From Eledone cirrhosa (taxonomy: Eukaryota), in the NCBI GenBank assembly GCA_964016885.1, contig OZ024745.1:106082001-106146000 (forward strand): 64,000 bases of DNA, written 5' to 3'. Both the position numbers and the translations under genes were made by a program. Under the pieces are notes generated by a model. That model was given only the letters and a program-made list of their open reading frames with translations, was not told the origin of the DNA and did not search any database. Within the stretch, counting starts at the first letter, position 1. Each line of letters opens with the position of its first letter. Below, piece after piece: positions 1 through 14,614 of the stretch.

Positions 1-1908
1 AAATATTTGAGTTAATTAGTTTGCACCTATATGTAGGTGTATGTACTTATATTCTTGTTATGAGATGACATGTTCCTTTATTATATAAGTGTTTGTGTGT
101 GTTTGAGCGGTGTGTGAATGCACTTTATGTAGAAGTGTGTGCGTCATACACATTTACGAGGTTTTGTACATACTTTCTTCCCAGGAAAGTCAAATGGATG
201 ATCTTAGGGAATGCTTGGTAAATCTTCACTGTACCACTACTTAATTTGAATTTGTAAGGAGCTTAGTAATATTTATTCTTTCTTAGGAATACACAGTCTT
301 GTTGATAAACACATGTATACTTACAGAGCACCTATGATAATAGTTACAAAAGTTTATAACCAAGATAATAGAGTTACGTGCTTTGCATTACATCACCATA
401 CATGCTCACTTTTTCCTTAACCTTAGATGATATATTCCGATGCTTTAGTCATCTAATCTGTACAATCTCTCTCGTTATCATGTCTGTTTTATTTGCACAA
501 GATTGCTGGTTCTTATTTAAATGTTGCGCTATCGTTTTGTATATAAGGTTCTGGATACGTTTTAGTTCTGCTGTACATTTTGTATGAGCGTCAAGGTAAT
601 TTTTCTTGTGGATAGCATTGTAAATAATATTTGCTTTTATAACATGTTTCTTAGAAATCTAGTACCATGTGGACATATTTGGACAGATGCTGATGGTGTA
701 TAGCACTTAAATACAAGATTAATAAAAGGATAAGGATATCTATCCACCTACAAGTTGGCATAGAATTTGTCCATTATATATGCCTGATTTCTCCTCATCA
801 TCAGCAGTTGTGCATAAATATCTACATGGTGCTACATTCCCACGAAACAGGACATAATATCATAACATGTGTGATGGTGAAAATGGATATAAAATAGTCC
901 TCATTATCAATAGATCCAATTGATACAACCAGAGCAGTAGATATGTTATCAATATGTTATCAACATTTAGGCTTTAATCTCTTCAAACGATTATAAATTT
1001 CGTTGCACAAACCGTAATTTGAGTAATGTTTCTGAAGCAATATATACTAACAGTATAGACGTTATTGGCCATGCTTAAGATAGCTATAAATGGATGAAAA
1101 TGTAAAAACATTTTAGAGAACAACAAATAATGAAAATTAAAGAATAAGTAACAGACTAAAGTACAATGAAACACAACAAATATTGGAGAGGTAGGAAGCT
1201 GTTGAGGGAAAGTGATTGTAATACTTAGAAAGATAATGTCTGTAGGGAGTTAAAGCTTGGATTCCTCACCAAAATGTCAGCGGAAGAGCAGGCCATAGTT
1301 ACATGCAAAGAAGAGGAACGAGATGAACATTCACACAGAAACATTCTCAAATATAAAGTAGGTATGTATTTACGTGAATATATGACTGATTGTATTTATA
1401 TGTGTATATAACTCTTGCCAGCTGGAGTTTGGCTATAGCCAACTACACATGGTTGGATCACTGGCGAATAAAACGGAGAAACGGCAAGCCCTGCAGGAGA
1501 CCACAAACAATTCCTGTAAAGTAGAGAATGAATTCATGTGCATCAATTGCCTTATAAGTGAAAGCTTTCGCGACTCACTGGTTGCAATTGATGCTGCGCA
1601 TTGTCTGTGGTTATGAGGTGGTATCATGGTCTTGCTTGTATGAACGTGTGTGTCAACAAATACCTGTACATGATGTGCGTCTGTACGTATTTGTGTACGC
1701 GCATGGGTAGTTTCATCATTTATATAAAATGAATAAAGATAGATAATTTTGGCAAACGAAAAAAGATGAGTAAATTTAATAAGATGCAATATCCTTTATT
1801 TACATGAAGTATTTTTCTATGCAATTAAGTTTTCAATTTTTTGTTAATCAATTGTTTTTTATAGAATTATTCTTTAAACTTTTGTGCTTTTATTATTCTG
1901 GATGAGCT

Positions 1909-2094
1909 AGGGTGGTGTATTGGCATTATTGGTAGAGCGTCAGACACCATGCTTTGCAGCATAGAGTTATGTCCCTTTAAGTCCATTACTGGTGCTTTAT
2001 TTTATCGACCCAGTAACGATGAAATGGACTGGGTTCGATTTAATCGACTATCTCCTCCCCTTGAAATTGCTGGCCTAAAGTAGAAACAATTATT
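1909..2094 (+). mobile_element. tRNA-derived SINE family 1, internally rearranged copy
   Basis: Shares the head (TTGGCA..GGTAGAG..GACACCATGCTT) and tail (TGCTGGCC..AAAGTAGAAACAATTATT) with copies at 2705 and 7503. Confidence 0.7.
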
Positions 2095-2704
2095 GTTGTA
2101 TGAGTTACAATCTTGCTACAATCACAGCTGAACGTTTAATATGTTTGCTTTACAAGCATGTAGTCCCATGTTTGACCTGACAGCATAGCGAATGGAGCAA
2201 GTTTTGCTACTTATAGACTCGGTTAAAGCAAACTTACTGACTGAGAGTAGAAGTAACCAGTCGGTTGAGTTATACTTGCCATTAAATTTTCCACACCATA
2301 TCATGTACTAGTTGTCGTGGTTGCATAATGCGTGGAAAGAAACAATATTATAAATATCTATAAGTTTGTTCAAGAAAATATAGATAAGAATGTTTATAAA
2401 ATGTTTCTCACTAGACACATCAATATAATCCTGTTACTAAATTCAATACATCAGTTCATAAGCATCAACTCATTTCATCTTTGTCAGTCAATGATGTCAT
2501 ATCGTTTCGAAATTTTCCATGTCTGAGATGATTTATAGAAAAAGATTATAATTCCTTAGACAAATAATTTCATCTTTCCAGATATAAGGTGTTTCAGAAC
2601 TTTTCAATATTTATATGTACATTGCGTTTCGATTGGTTTGATTTTCGATAACTCTCGAAGTCTTATTCATGGATGCATTCATTGAGCCAAACTTGATTCA
2701 AAAT

Positions 2705-2891
2705 AGGGGATTGGCAGTATCGGTAGAGGGTCGGACACCATGCTTTCCAGCATAGTTACGTCCCTTTACGATCTGAGTTCAAATCCCGCCGAGGTTGACT
2801 TTGCATTTAATCCTTACGAGGTCGATAAAATAAAGTACCAGTAATGCACTGGTTAATTGCTGGCCTTGTGCCTAAAGTAGAAACAATTATT
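2705..2891 (+). mobile_element. tRNA-derived SINE family 1
   Basis: A-box-like TGGCAGTATCGG, B-box GAGTTCAAATCC; six copies in window. Confidence 0.85.
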
Positions 2892-3229
2892 TTTATATTG
2901 AAATTAAAACCTTTCTTAAATAGCATATCCCTGTGGAAATATAGAGTCGGTAGGAAGCTCAGGCTGGTAGTTTGAAATATTATATTATAAATAGCAATAC
3001 CACTCAGCCATTAAGACATTTAGGATTAAAATGTTCCTACAATATAACACTCATGATTACCAAAGTTGAAATAAAGATTATTTTATCAACAAGAGTGAAG
3101 ATTTTGTCAGAATTATGTATATATGTATATGTGACTCGTAATTCCTGATTTTAATAGTTTTATTTAAACCTGCTCTACGGACTTGAGTTGTTCTATATCT
3201 TGGTATATTTTTACCTACCTATACTATAC

Positions 3230-3331
<102 letters not shown>

Positions 3332-3400
3332 CGTTACGTGTGTGCGTGCGTGTGCGCGCGTGTGTATGTGTATGTAAATATATACATATATATATATATT

Positions 3401-3905
3401 AAAATAACAGATTAAAGTTTACGCAAAGAATCGCTGCTTTCACCCTTAACGGGATCTTCTGAAATTAAAAAAATCAATCTGTGGACGCAGAAGTAAATAT
3501 TTCGAAAAACGTTGTAACCAAAGGAAGACAGGAAGACGATACTTTGGTTCGTGGAGAGGTTCCCTGGCAATGAACGGAACAAAACGAAGATAATACGTCA
3601 TTATGTGGAGCGATGATGAACAATTACACGCAAAGACAAAACCACCTTTATGGTATAAATGGAGTCATAGACTAAAATTCTATTTAGATGGTTCGTGGAT
3701 ACGTACCCTGACAATGAACGGGAAAAAATGAAGATAACACATCATTATGTGGAGCGGTGAGAACAATTGCACGCAAAGACAAAACCACGTTTATGGTATA
3801 AATGAAGTCGTAGACTAAAATTCTATTTAGGAAACCGAATGATTCTCGGCTTCAGAGTTAAGAATAATGTAAATAAATTACACCGGTTATTGAAATCAAC
3901 AATAA
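3401..3905 (-). mobile_element. Dispersed repeat, probable PLE 3' end (also 30297-30725 and 55390-55595)
   Basis: Near-identical to 30297-30625; has an internal tandem duplication of about 145 bp; abuts (TA)n; HHR-like CAGAAGA-TCCC-GTTAA-GGGT-GAAA on minus strand. Confidence 0.65.
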
Positions 3906-6900
3906 TTAAATATATACATGCATACATCCATATACGTACACTTGCATACGTGAAAACACCCGCCATGGATATGTTTATACAAGCACGTACACAAAAACAC
4001 GCGCACACATACAAAAACAAACGCAACGCCTGTACCCGTACACATACGAACGTATACACCAAATACACATACAAATATATTTAAAAAAAATATATATGTG
4101 TGTTTGTGTGTGCATGTATACATATAATTATATAAACGTATATAAATATACACACTTAAATACGTATATAACGCGCCGACTCACATACCTATAGGTAAAT
4201 ACACATATGTTCGCTAAACGTACGTCAACCAAAACACAATGTACATATAAACACACCCTACATACGTGCAAACCCGCATTCACACTCGAACGCAAAATAC
4301 ACGTATACACATGTAACATATACACATGTACCAGTATATATAATGTAATATATACACCTATAACAAATACAAGCAAATATACGTACGAGAAAATATAGTA
4401 CCTTCACAAAAATACAAGTAAGGTATACTTACCTATACAAATATGTAACGGTATAAACATAAAATATACTTAGCTATCATATCAAGACGTAAATTATCCG
4501 CGTATTGTTCGAACTTTCCATTAGGGTATAATGTGGGGCTGTAATACAGGAAAGTTTTATGCAACTTATGATTACAAGCCGAAATTGCCTCGAATTTTTG
4601 TTTAAGATATGGTTATTGGCGTAGATTATTTCCAGGGTTTCAGCGGCGCAGAGGTCACATGATCTTTTATTTCTGTTTACGATCTAGCCTAAGCTAGGAT
4701 CTCCCAGTGTAACCTATATTGGGTGTGGTTGTCTTATAGACTCCAGATATAAGCTGAAAGTGACGTCATATTCCTTCTTAACGGGTTAAGAAAAGAATAG
4801 GTATAAATGTAAAGACGCTGCTCGAATCTATTGGCGGTTAAGCCTATGCAGGCCCTACGGGACGTGGGTGTTTCAACCTTGCATTTGTAGACAATGTTAC
4901 TGGAGAGGCATTTTCCGGATAAGGAGCAGTCAACCCGATTCCTACAATTACAGTTAGTACTAGCTACAGGGTTGCACGTGTTCCTACGGCTAGGTAATTT
5001 AGTTAAATTTGGAGCAGTGATGTTATGTGCAAGGTTAAGAGTCGTAGAGTAAGAAATTTTAATGGTATTTCTATTAAAAATATTATTATATTTATGTTGA
5101 GGATATTTGAGCTGCAGATTCTACGGTGGAGGAAACATATTTAAGTTATATGTTAGTGTAAGGTTAAACATGGATGAAAACTTCACATTTCATTTAATTT
5201 TTAAAGCACACAATTATGACTGCAACCGCCATAATATTTGTCATTTGTTTCCTTCTATTTATTTGTTCATGGAGGGTCTAGAATCAAAGAGATTAAAATA
5301 TTGATCTATTATACAGAAATATACCTGTATATATTGTGGTATATAAATATAGGAATATATAGAATAATGTCTATAAATATTAAAGAACCAAATTTCTATT
5401 CAAGCCAAGTTGATAAACAAGTGTTATTTTTATCAAGGAGAATATCCGGTATTGACTTCGATTTTCAAAGAAATATCAATTCTAATATTTTACTGTGTTC
5501 GAAAACAATGTCGTTTGGTGTGGTCCAATGAGTTTTTCGGACTTATTTCCGATATTGGTGAAAATCACCTCCACAAAACCATCTATATTTTGTGCTGTGT
5601 TTAACGATCTGCGACAAGGTGAAAGCTGACGTCTATATACTAAATATGACTTCAAAGTCATGACCAACTACTTCTCTTCGCTTCAGTACTACAAAGCTTT
5701 CTCTCAGCCACATTTCAAACATTAACTACTGTCTGAAAATAAAACTATTCAACAGCACAACATTTACAATAGTATCAAGAATTAACTGAAGTTAGAAGTT
5801 CCTGTCAATGCGGACACGTGGTTCAAGCGATTTCCTGACACAATTTTCTCTAAAGATAAAACAAAATCAAATCGAATAAGTCATACAGTTAGATTATAAT
5901 CTAAATCTGTAATTTGGACAAAGAGAGGCTCTGTTATATTTCCAGACAGAAAATATACTGATACATAATGTTTATAAGAGGCTGTGTCATATAGGTTTTC
6001 AACAATTACAGTTTTGGGCAGAATGTTTTTGTGATAAATATTGATTTTCTACATTGGCACAACATTTTACTAAAAAGCTGTGAGTCGATTATATGTATTT
6101 TATCAATTTCGGAAAGAGGGATGGTCAATCTCACCACAGTTTGTTTTTACGCTCAAAATAGAAAATCATAACCAAATTATCACACGACATTACAAACCAA
6201 GCTACATCCAAACATACTCCTAATTACATCCTGCAATCTTGAATAAAAACAAATAATACGTTAGTCGTAGGAAATAAGAAGCCATATTCAACACTGGAAC
6301 GGCTTTGTTCAAGGTTTGTTTGACCAAAGTTGTTATGTATCACAAAAACAAGACGTTCAAGATATTTCATTTTTTTCGGTGTTGTACAGAATTTGTCATT
6401 TTATCCATTTGTTTCTTGAAAATATCAAACTATTTTCAGAAGTCTCGGGGATTGACTAAATTATATTAATTATTTAAGAGCTCTTTTCTCAATTGTTTGC
6501 TTCTGTAGACGAGTTTCTAAATTAATTACAATATTTATTTATTGATTTATATACATGTTTCTAATTTCTTAGCATTCTTTTGTCGAATCTATATACAATA
6601 TTATACATGTGTAACTAGTTGTACATTTTAAATTCTTTCGCTTTTTATAGCTTGCAGGTATTTAGTTTATATCATATCAAGTTGACAAATGGGTTGTTAC
6701 AGAAGAAATAGCAAGCCAAAGATTGAACCTTATCAATTTCACTCAACGTTTTAGAAACAGCAGACAAATGTTCATCAAATTACACGCTACAGTCTATAAA
6801 AAGAAACGATATTTTTTACTGGAAAAATCTAATTCATTTCTTACGAATGAAATATTTTAATCATACTTAGGCATACTTAAACAATGTTAAATTATTATCT

Positions 6901-7056
6901 ATGATGACTAAACAAAATAAATGATTGTATAACTATACCTTCCTTGAGAATTACATAGGAAGTTGTATGTAGCACAAATATACGCTGTTACATACAATCG
7001 CATACATATGTATTAAAATCACATACACATATACGCACACAAATACATCCAGACGC

Positions 7057-7133
<77 letters not shown>

Positions 7134-7199
7134 TGAGTGCGTGTGTGTGTGTGTGTGCGCGTGTGAGGTATGTATGTGTGCGTGTGTGTGTGTGTGAGC

Positions 7200-7415
7200 C
7201 TGTATGCCTGGTCGTGTCCGTTTTTCCGTCTACACCGATAACAATGGTTGATGTGTATTTATGTCCTGTCTCTTAGCATTTCAACAAATACCGTTTGATG
7301 AAGTATGTATCGGACTTTTAAAAATATGTATAGGGGTCGATACGATCGATTAAACACTTGATGGCGATGTTTCAGCTTGGAGGCTGTCCAATGACTGAAA
7401 GTAGAAAAATATTAA
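7200..7415 (+). mobile_element. Degenerate SINE 3' half following a (TG)n tract
   Basis: GGGGTCGAT...ATGACTGAAA tail resembles abundant octopod SINE tails (from memory, not searched). Confidence 0.4.
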
Positions 7416-7502
7416 GAAGATTATGTATATACATACTTATTTATGAATAATCATATATATACATCTATAGAAATATATTCAACTAGTTATATATATATAT
7501 AT

Positions 7503-7692
7503 AGGGCGGTGAATTGGCAGTATCGGTAGAGGGTTGGACGCCATGCTTTCTAGCATAGTTACGTCCCTTTACAGTCTGAGTTCAAATCCCGCCGAGGTTA
7601 ACTTTGCCTTTCATCCTTACGGGGTCGATAAAATAAAGTACCAGTAATGTACTGGGTAATTTGCTGGCCTTGTGCCTAAAGCAGAAACAGTT
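7503..7692 (+). mobile_element. tRNA-derived SINE family 1, complete copy
   Basis: GGCGGTGAATTGGCAGTATCGG head, GAGTTCAAATCCCGCCGAGG B-box, flanked by (TA)n. Confidence 0.9.
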
Positions 7693-7716
7693 ATATATAT
7701 ATATATATATATATGT

Positions 7717-7894
7717 GCTCCTACATGGACACACTAGAAGAGGAAGACCAAGGTTAACGTATATTGATGCCCTAAGGACAGACACTGGTCTATTGGAGAC
7801 GCAGGACATGGCAGCGATAATGAGGGACAGAGACCGCTGGAAAGAACTCGTCCATGGATCACGGGAATTTTACCCGCCTTAGAATAGAATAGAA
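7717..7894 (+). mobile_element. RTE-clade LINE 3' end
   Basis: Encodes HGHTRRGRPRLTYIDAL..DRDRWKELV; (TAGAA)n tail; matches 54680-54856 and 63844-63929. Confidence 0.85.
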
Positions 7895-8237
7895 TATATG
7901 TGTGTGTGTGTGTGTGTGTGTGCGTGTGTGTGTGTATAAAGCAAATAAAAAATGGAGTTAAAGACTCACGTTAAACCTCTATAATTTAATGAGCTCAAGG
8001 AATAAATTCTGGGCTCTTTATAAGACAGAGCATAGAGAAAAATACACAAAGAATTGTGTTCAATTATAGGTGATAGAATACCACCAGAGTGAAAACCATA
8101 TTGTCTACGAACGGAATGGAGCATTCATTTATAACTATAACACCTCGACATAGTGTAATCATGTTTCACAGTAAATAAAGTGTCGATTCATACCGTTGAA
8201 CTCATACATCTTTGTGTATTTCTCTCTCCCACCCCCT

Positions 8238-8393
<156 letters not shown>

Positions 8394-8587
8394 TACATAC
8401 ACAAAGATGTATGAGTTCAATTATAGGAGATAGAATACCATATATATGTATGTATGTATATATATATATATATACACACACACACAGACACAAAGGCTCT
8501 GCTTAGTATTACACCACTATGCTTACTGGAAACTATGCATCGAGTACACTCTCTAGTGAACCTACAGTAACTCGACGTTACAATCCC

Positions 8588-8636
<49 letters not shown>

Positions 8637-8647
8637 ATATATAGATA

Positions 8648-8748
8648 TGGTAGAGAATGTTGAGAAGCCAGAGGGGATCAGTAATGTAGGCGGGAAGCCG
8701 CTAGAATTGGTTGAGGACTTCCTGTATTCGGGAGCAAACATTGGGAAT
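8648..8748 (+). mobile_element. Internal RT fragment of the same RTE family
   Basis: VENVEKPEGISNVGGKPLELVEDFLYSG matches the minus-strand ORF at 63274-63945. Confidence 0.8.
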
Positions 8749-8875
8749 ACACATATATGCACACACTGTTACATAAATAAACACGCATATTAAACGATCT
8801 ATATGCCTAGGTATGTATTGTTGAAACGCATATGAAAAATCATACAAATGTACATGCCCTTCACCACACACAATC

Positions 8876-8954
<79 letters not shown>

Positions 8955-9000
8955 TATATTTATTATTATTTTGAAGTAATATATATATATATATATATAT

Positions 9001-9302
9001 ATATTACTTCAAAATATTAATAAATATAGACATTAATGTGATCAAATATATTTTATTATACATATTTCAGAGATACTGAGAGATACTGAGCTATTTCAAC
9101 AGTACGTCCTCATCAGATAAAATAAGTTGATGCCTGACATACCTTGACTATGTTGATGGTTATAATTTAGTCGTGGCTAAATTATAACCATAGTCAAGAT
9201 ATGTCAGGCATCAACTTATTTTATCTGATGAGGAGGTACTGTTGAAATAGCTCAGTATCTCTGAAATATGTATAATAAAATATATTTATTAATATTATGA
9301 AG

Positions 9303-9308
<6 letters not shown>
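9001..9308. repeat. Palindromic insert in (TA)n, HHR family A
   Basis: Arms of roughly 130-170 bp mirrored around 9171-9176; each arm carries the HHR. Confidence 0.9.
9217..9282 (+). ncRNA. Type I hammerhead ribozyme (family A)
   Basis: Stem I TATTTTAT/ATAAAATA; CTGATGA; stem II GAGGTACTG/CAGTATCTC; GAAA; short stem III; AUA cleavage triplet. Confidence 0.75.
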
Positions 9309-9348
<40 letters not shown>

Positions 9349-9620
9349 GTATGTGTATGTATGTGTGGATGAAGGTATGTGTGTGTATATTGCTTCCACC
9401 GCCTCACTGACCAGCAGCTGGCTATTGCTAAATCTGACCTTTATAAAATAACCCACACCCCAAATAACTTCTCATTCACTACCAGAAAGGGACACAGCAG
9501 TCAACCTGTTGTTGCTACCTAGATGAAAACTGCTATGAAATCCCACAATGAATTTTATACTTGAATTTTCAAGTCTCAAATTTTAACTCTTCGTATTATT
9601 AATTTTTCTTAATATTAATC

Positions 9621-9668
9621 AACATTTGAAAAGATGGCTTTTGCAGACCCATCGAAACCGGTCATTTT
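9621..9668 (+). ncRNA. Type I HHR, U3-A8 core variant
   Basis: TTGAAAA-GATGG..CCATC-GAAA-CCGG-TC; palindromic stem III ACCGGT; weak stem I. Confidence 0.6.
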
Positions 9669-9768
9669 TTATACCCTTTATTATTTCCTTACCTTATAAA
9701 ATTATGTTTTTTCACAAAAAAGTATTCTGTCTCTTATATATTCCATGTGCCATTACCAACCTCAATTT

Positions 9769-10226
<458 letters not shown>

Positions 10227-10242
10227 TATATATATATATATA

Positions 10243-10297
<55 letters not shown>

Positions 10298-10649
10298 GAT
10301 TGTGTGTGGTGAAGGGAATGTACATTTCTATGTTATTTCATATGCGTTTCAACAATACATACCTAGGCATATAGTTTGTTTAAGATGCGAGTTTATTTAT
10401 GTAACAGTGTGAGCATATATGTGTATCACTCTGTGGGAGGCGTATAATTCAATTTTTAATTTGAATTTATGTGTTGTCTTATCAGTTGATACTTAAGAGT
10501 CTGCACTCATTTCTTTTACAAGTCAAATCAAACGTTTCTAAATTTGGTGTGTAATTCGATAATAAATTTGAAATTCAAAATCCAGACAAATTACACTTTT
10601 CGAAATCTCAGGCGTCGAAAGTTGAACCATTTTAAAGGTATACACAGAC

Positions 10650-10786
<137 letters not shown>

Positions 10787-10794
10787 TATATATG

Positions 10795-10844
<50 letters not shown>

Positions 10845-10911
10845 AACGAGTAGGACCCCTACCCTGGTTCTTTACCACATTTCTTTCGTTATATATATAT
10901 ATATATATATA

Positions 10912-10971
<60 letters not shown>

Positions 10972-10976
10972 TGCTA

Positions 10977-11024
<48 letters not shown>

Positions 11025-11214
11025 TAGTACAGCATCAACGAAGCCATGGTTGCAGCCAGGCTAACTAATGCAGTTTCGGTGTGCAGCTAAGCACTCGGAT
11101 GGGGTATATAACCCTAGAGTTATAACATTACGTTTAGACAACTTTGCAAAATGAAGACAGCGACCGATAGAAAGGCCGCAGTGACCAACCATAGCCTCGA
11201 AAAAGACTGAACTC

Positions 11215-11347
<133 letters not shown>

Positions 11348-11397
11348 AAAAAATGGGGAGAAGAATACTGCAGGTTGTACATGGATAACATGTAATA

Positions 11398-11872
<475 letters not shown>

Positions 11873-11914
11873 TATATATGTATATATATACACGCGCACA
11901 CATATACACATACG

Positions 11915-11985
<71 letters not shown>

Positions 11986-12023
11986 GTGTGAAAAAGTATA
12001 TATGTATATATATATACACGCAC

Positions 12024-12054
<31 letters not shown>

Positions 12055-12186
12055 CACACACACAGACATACATATATATATGTGTGTGTGCGTGTAAAAA
12101 GTAAACAGAAATAAAAGAAATCAAACGACACAGTATAATAAAGAAATATATTAGTTTAATGCTTGACATATTAGGAAAAACGTGTG

Positions 12187-12216
12187 AACGTTTCGGACAC
12201 TAGACCTTCATCAGAA
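12187..12216 (-). ncRNA. Minimal HHR, PLE4-type 3' end
   Basis: Reverse complement CTGATGAAGG-TCTAGTGT-CC-GAAACGTT; flank matches 60060-60165. Confidence 0.55.
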
Positions 12217-12310
12217 GGTGTAATGAGAAAAAAAAGATGAAATTTAAAGATAGAGAGTGAAAAGAGGAAGCAACAGGAAAAAAATGTGTTTTGGGTAAAA
12301 TACTTTTGTG

Positions 12311-12428
12311 AAGGCGTGTGGCTGATTGGTTAGATAACTGGATTCGCAACCGCGAGGTTGTCAGTTCGATTCTTGGACCAGGTGATGCGTTATGTCCTTG
12401 AGCAAGACACTTTATTTCATGTTGCTCC
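12311..12428 (+). mobile_element. tRNA-derived SINE family 2, 5' part
   Basis: GTGGCTGATTGGTT A-box, GTTCGATTC B-box, TGTCCTTGAGCAAGACACTT. Confidence 0.75.
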
Positions 12429-12540
12429 TTCTACCTGGAGTTGCGATCGATTAATAGTATTAGCAATTGTAGAGACCATCGGAAACATTGTTTCTTCGGT
12501 CCGATTTGACGAAAGTCGATCATCAAATTTTATATATATA

Positions 12541-13602
<1,062 letters not shown>

Positions 13603-13622
13603 CTTCGTGAGAAATCATCAGC

Positions 13623-13675
13623 AAGCTTCCTGATGATTTCTCACGAATGAAAGAGTTCTAGTCCTGTAGAAGCTT
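13623..13675 (+). ncRNA. Type I HHR (family C)
   Basis: AAGCTTC-CTGATGA-TTTC TCAC GAAT-GAAA..CTGTA-GAAGCTT; insert 13596-13758 has a short inverted arm. Confidence 0.75.
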
Positions 13676-13755
13676 TTCTATATTAAAACATTTATACTCT
13701 GCTATGTATTGAGTACCTTACTTACTGTGGTTACCCCCTATTCAACCCGGAATAA

Positions 13756-13808
<53 letters not shown>

Positions 13809-14437
13809 TAAAATATATAAAATATATAAAATATATATATAAAATTTGACGATCGACTTTCGTCAAATCGGACCGAGGAAACATATACATGTATATATAT
13901 ATATATATATATAGATGTATATAAACACATGCCAAAGTACATCAACAACAAAATATTGATCAATAAGTCATGTAAATATAACGTTCTGTTGTTCTAGTAT
14001 TGGCTTGTCTTGAAATTTTCTGTTCTCATTTTCAGAGATAAAAACAAAAGATATCGAACTGAAATATAAATTCACACCTACTTTTAGAGAGTAATGGTGG
14101 GTGAGGGATATGGAAGGGTGTGAGAGAAAGAAAAGGATATGTGAATATGTATTTTTGGTACATAACTGCTTACAAAGATCGATATCTTACTCCCTTGAAA
14201 GAGATTAGATGATTACTTTACTCAATGAAGAAATATTTTACAAGTGGTTGTTACAACTAGGTTAATTGTCAACAAGAGTATGTACATACAGACATAACGC
14301 GGTGGGGTTGGGTAGGGAGAAATACCCATTCACTTCAACGGACGATTAAATGTCTTACGCATCCTATATGTTAGAGTATGGTAAACAGAAGCTGGAAGGA
14401 AAAGAAGGGAGAGACTTATATATGCACATATATGGGG

Positions 14438-14495
<58 letters not shown>

Positions 14496-14614
14496 CAACC
14501 GTCCGGTTGTAGAACCAACCAACCAACCGGAAATTTATAAATTTTTTGAAAGAATTTTTAATTTATAATAAATTGGAGTGAAAGCAGCTGGTGCGTGTGT
14601 TTCTTATTGGCAAC

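Noticed and set aside
400-1000. Possible ancient minus-strand PLE remnant (TIAQHL, WTNSMP)
   Set aside because: Too degenerate to support without a profile search.
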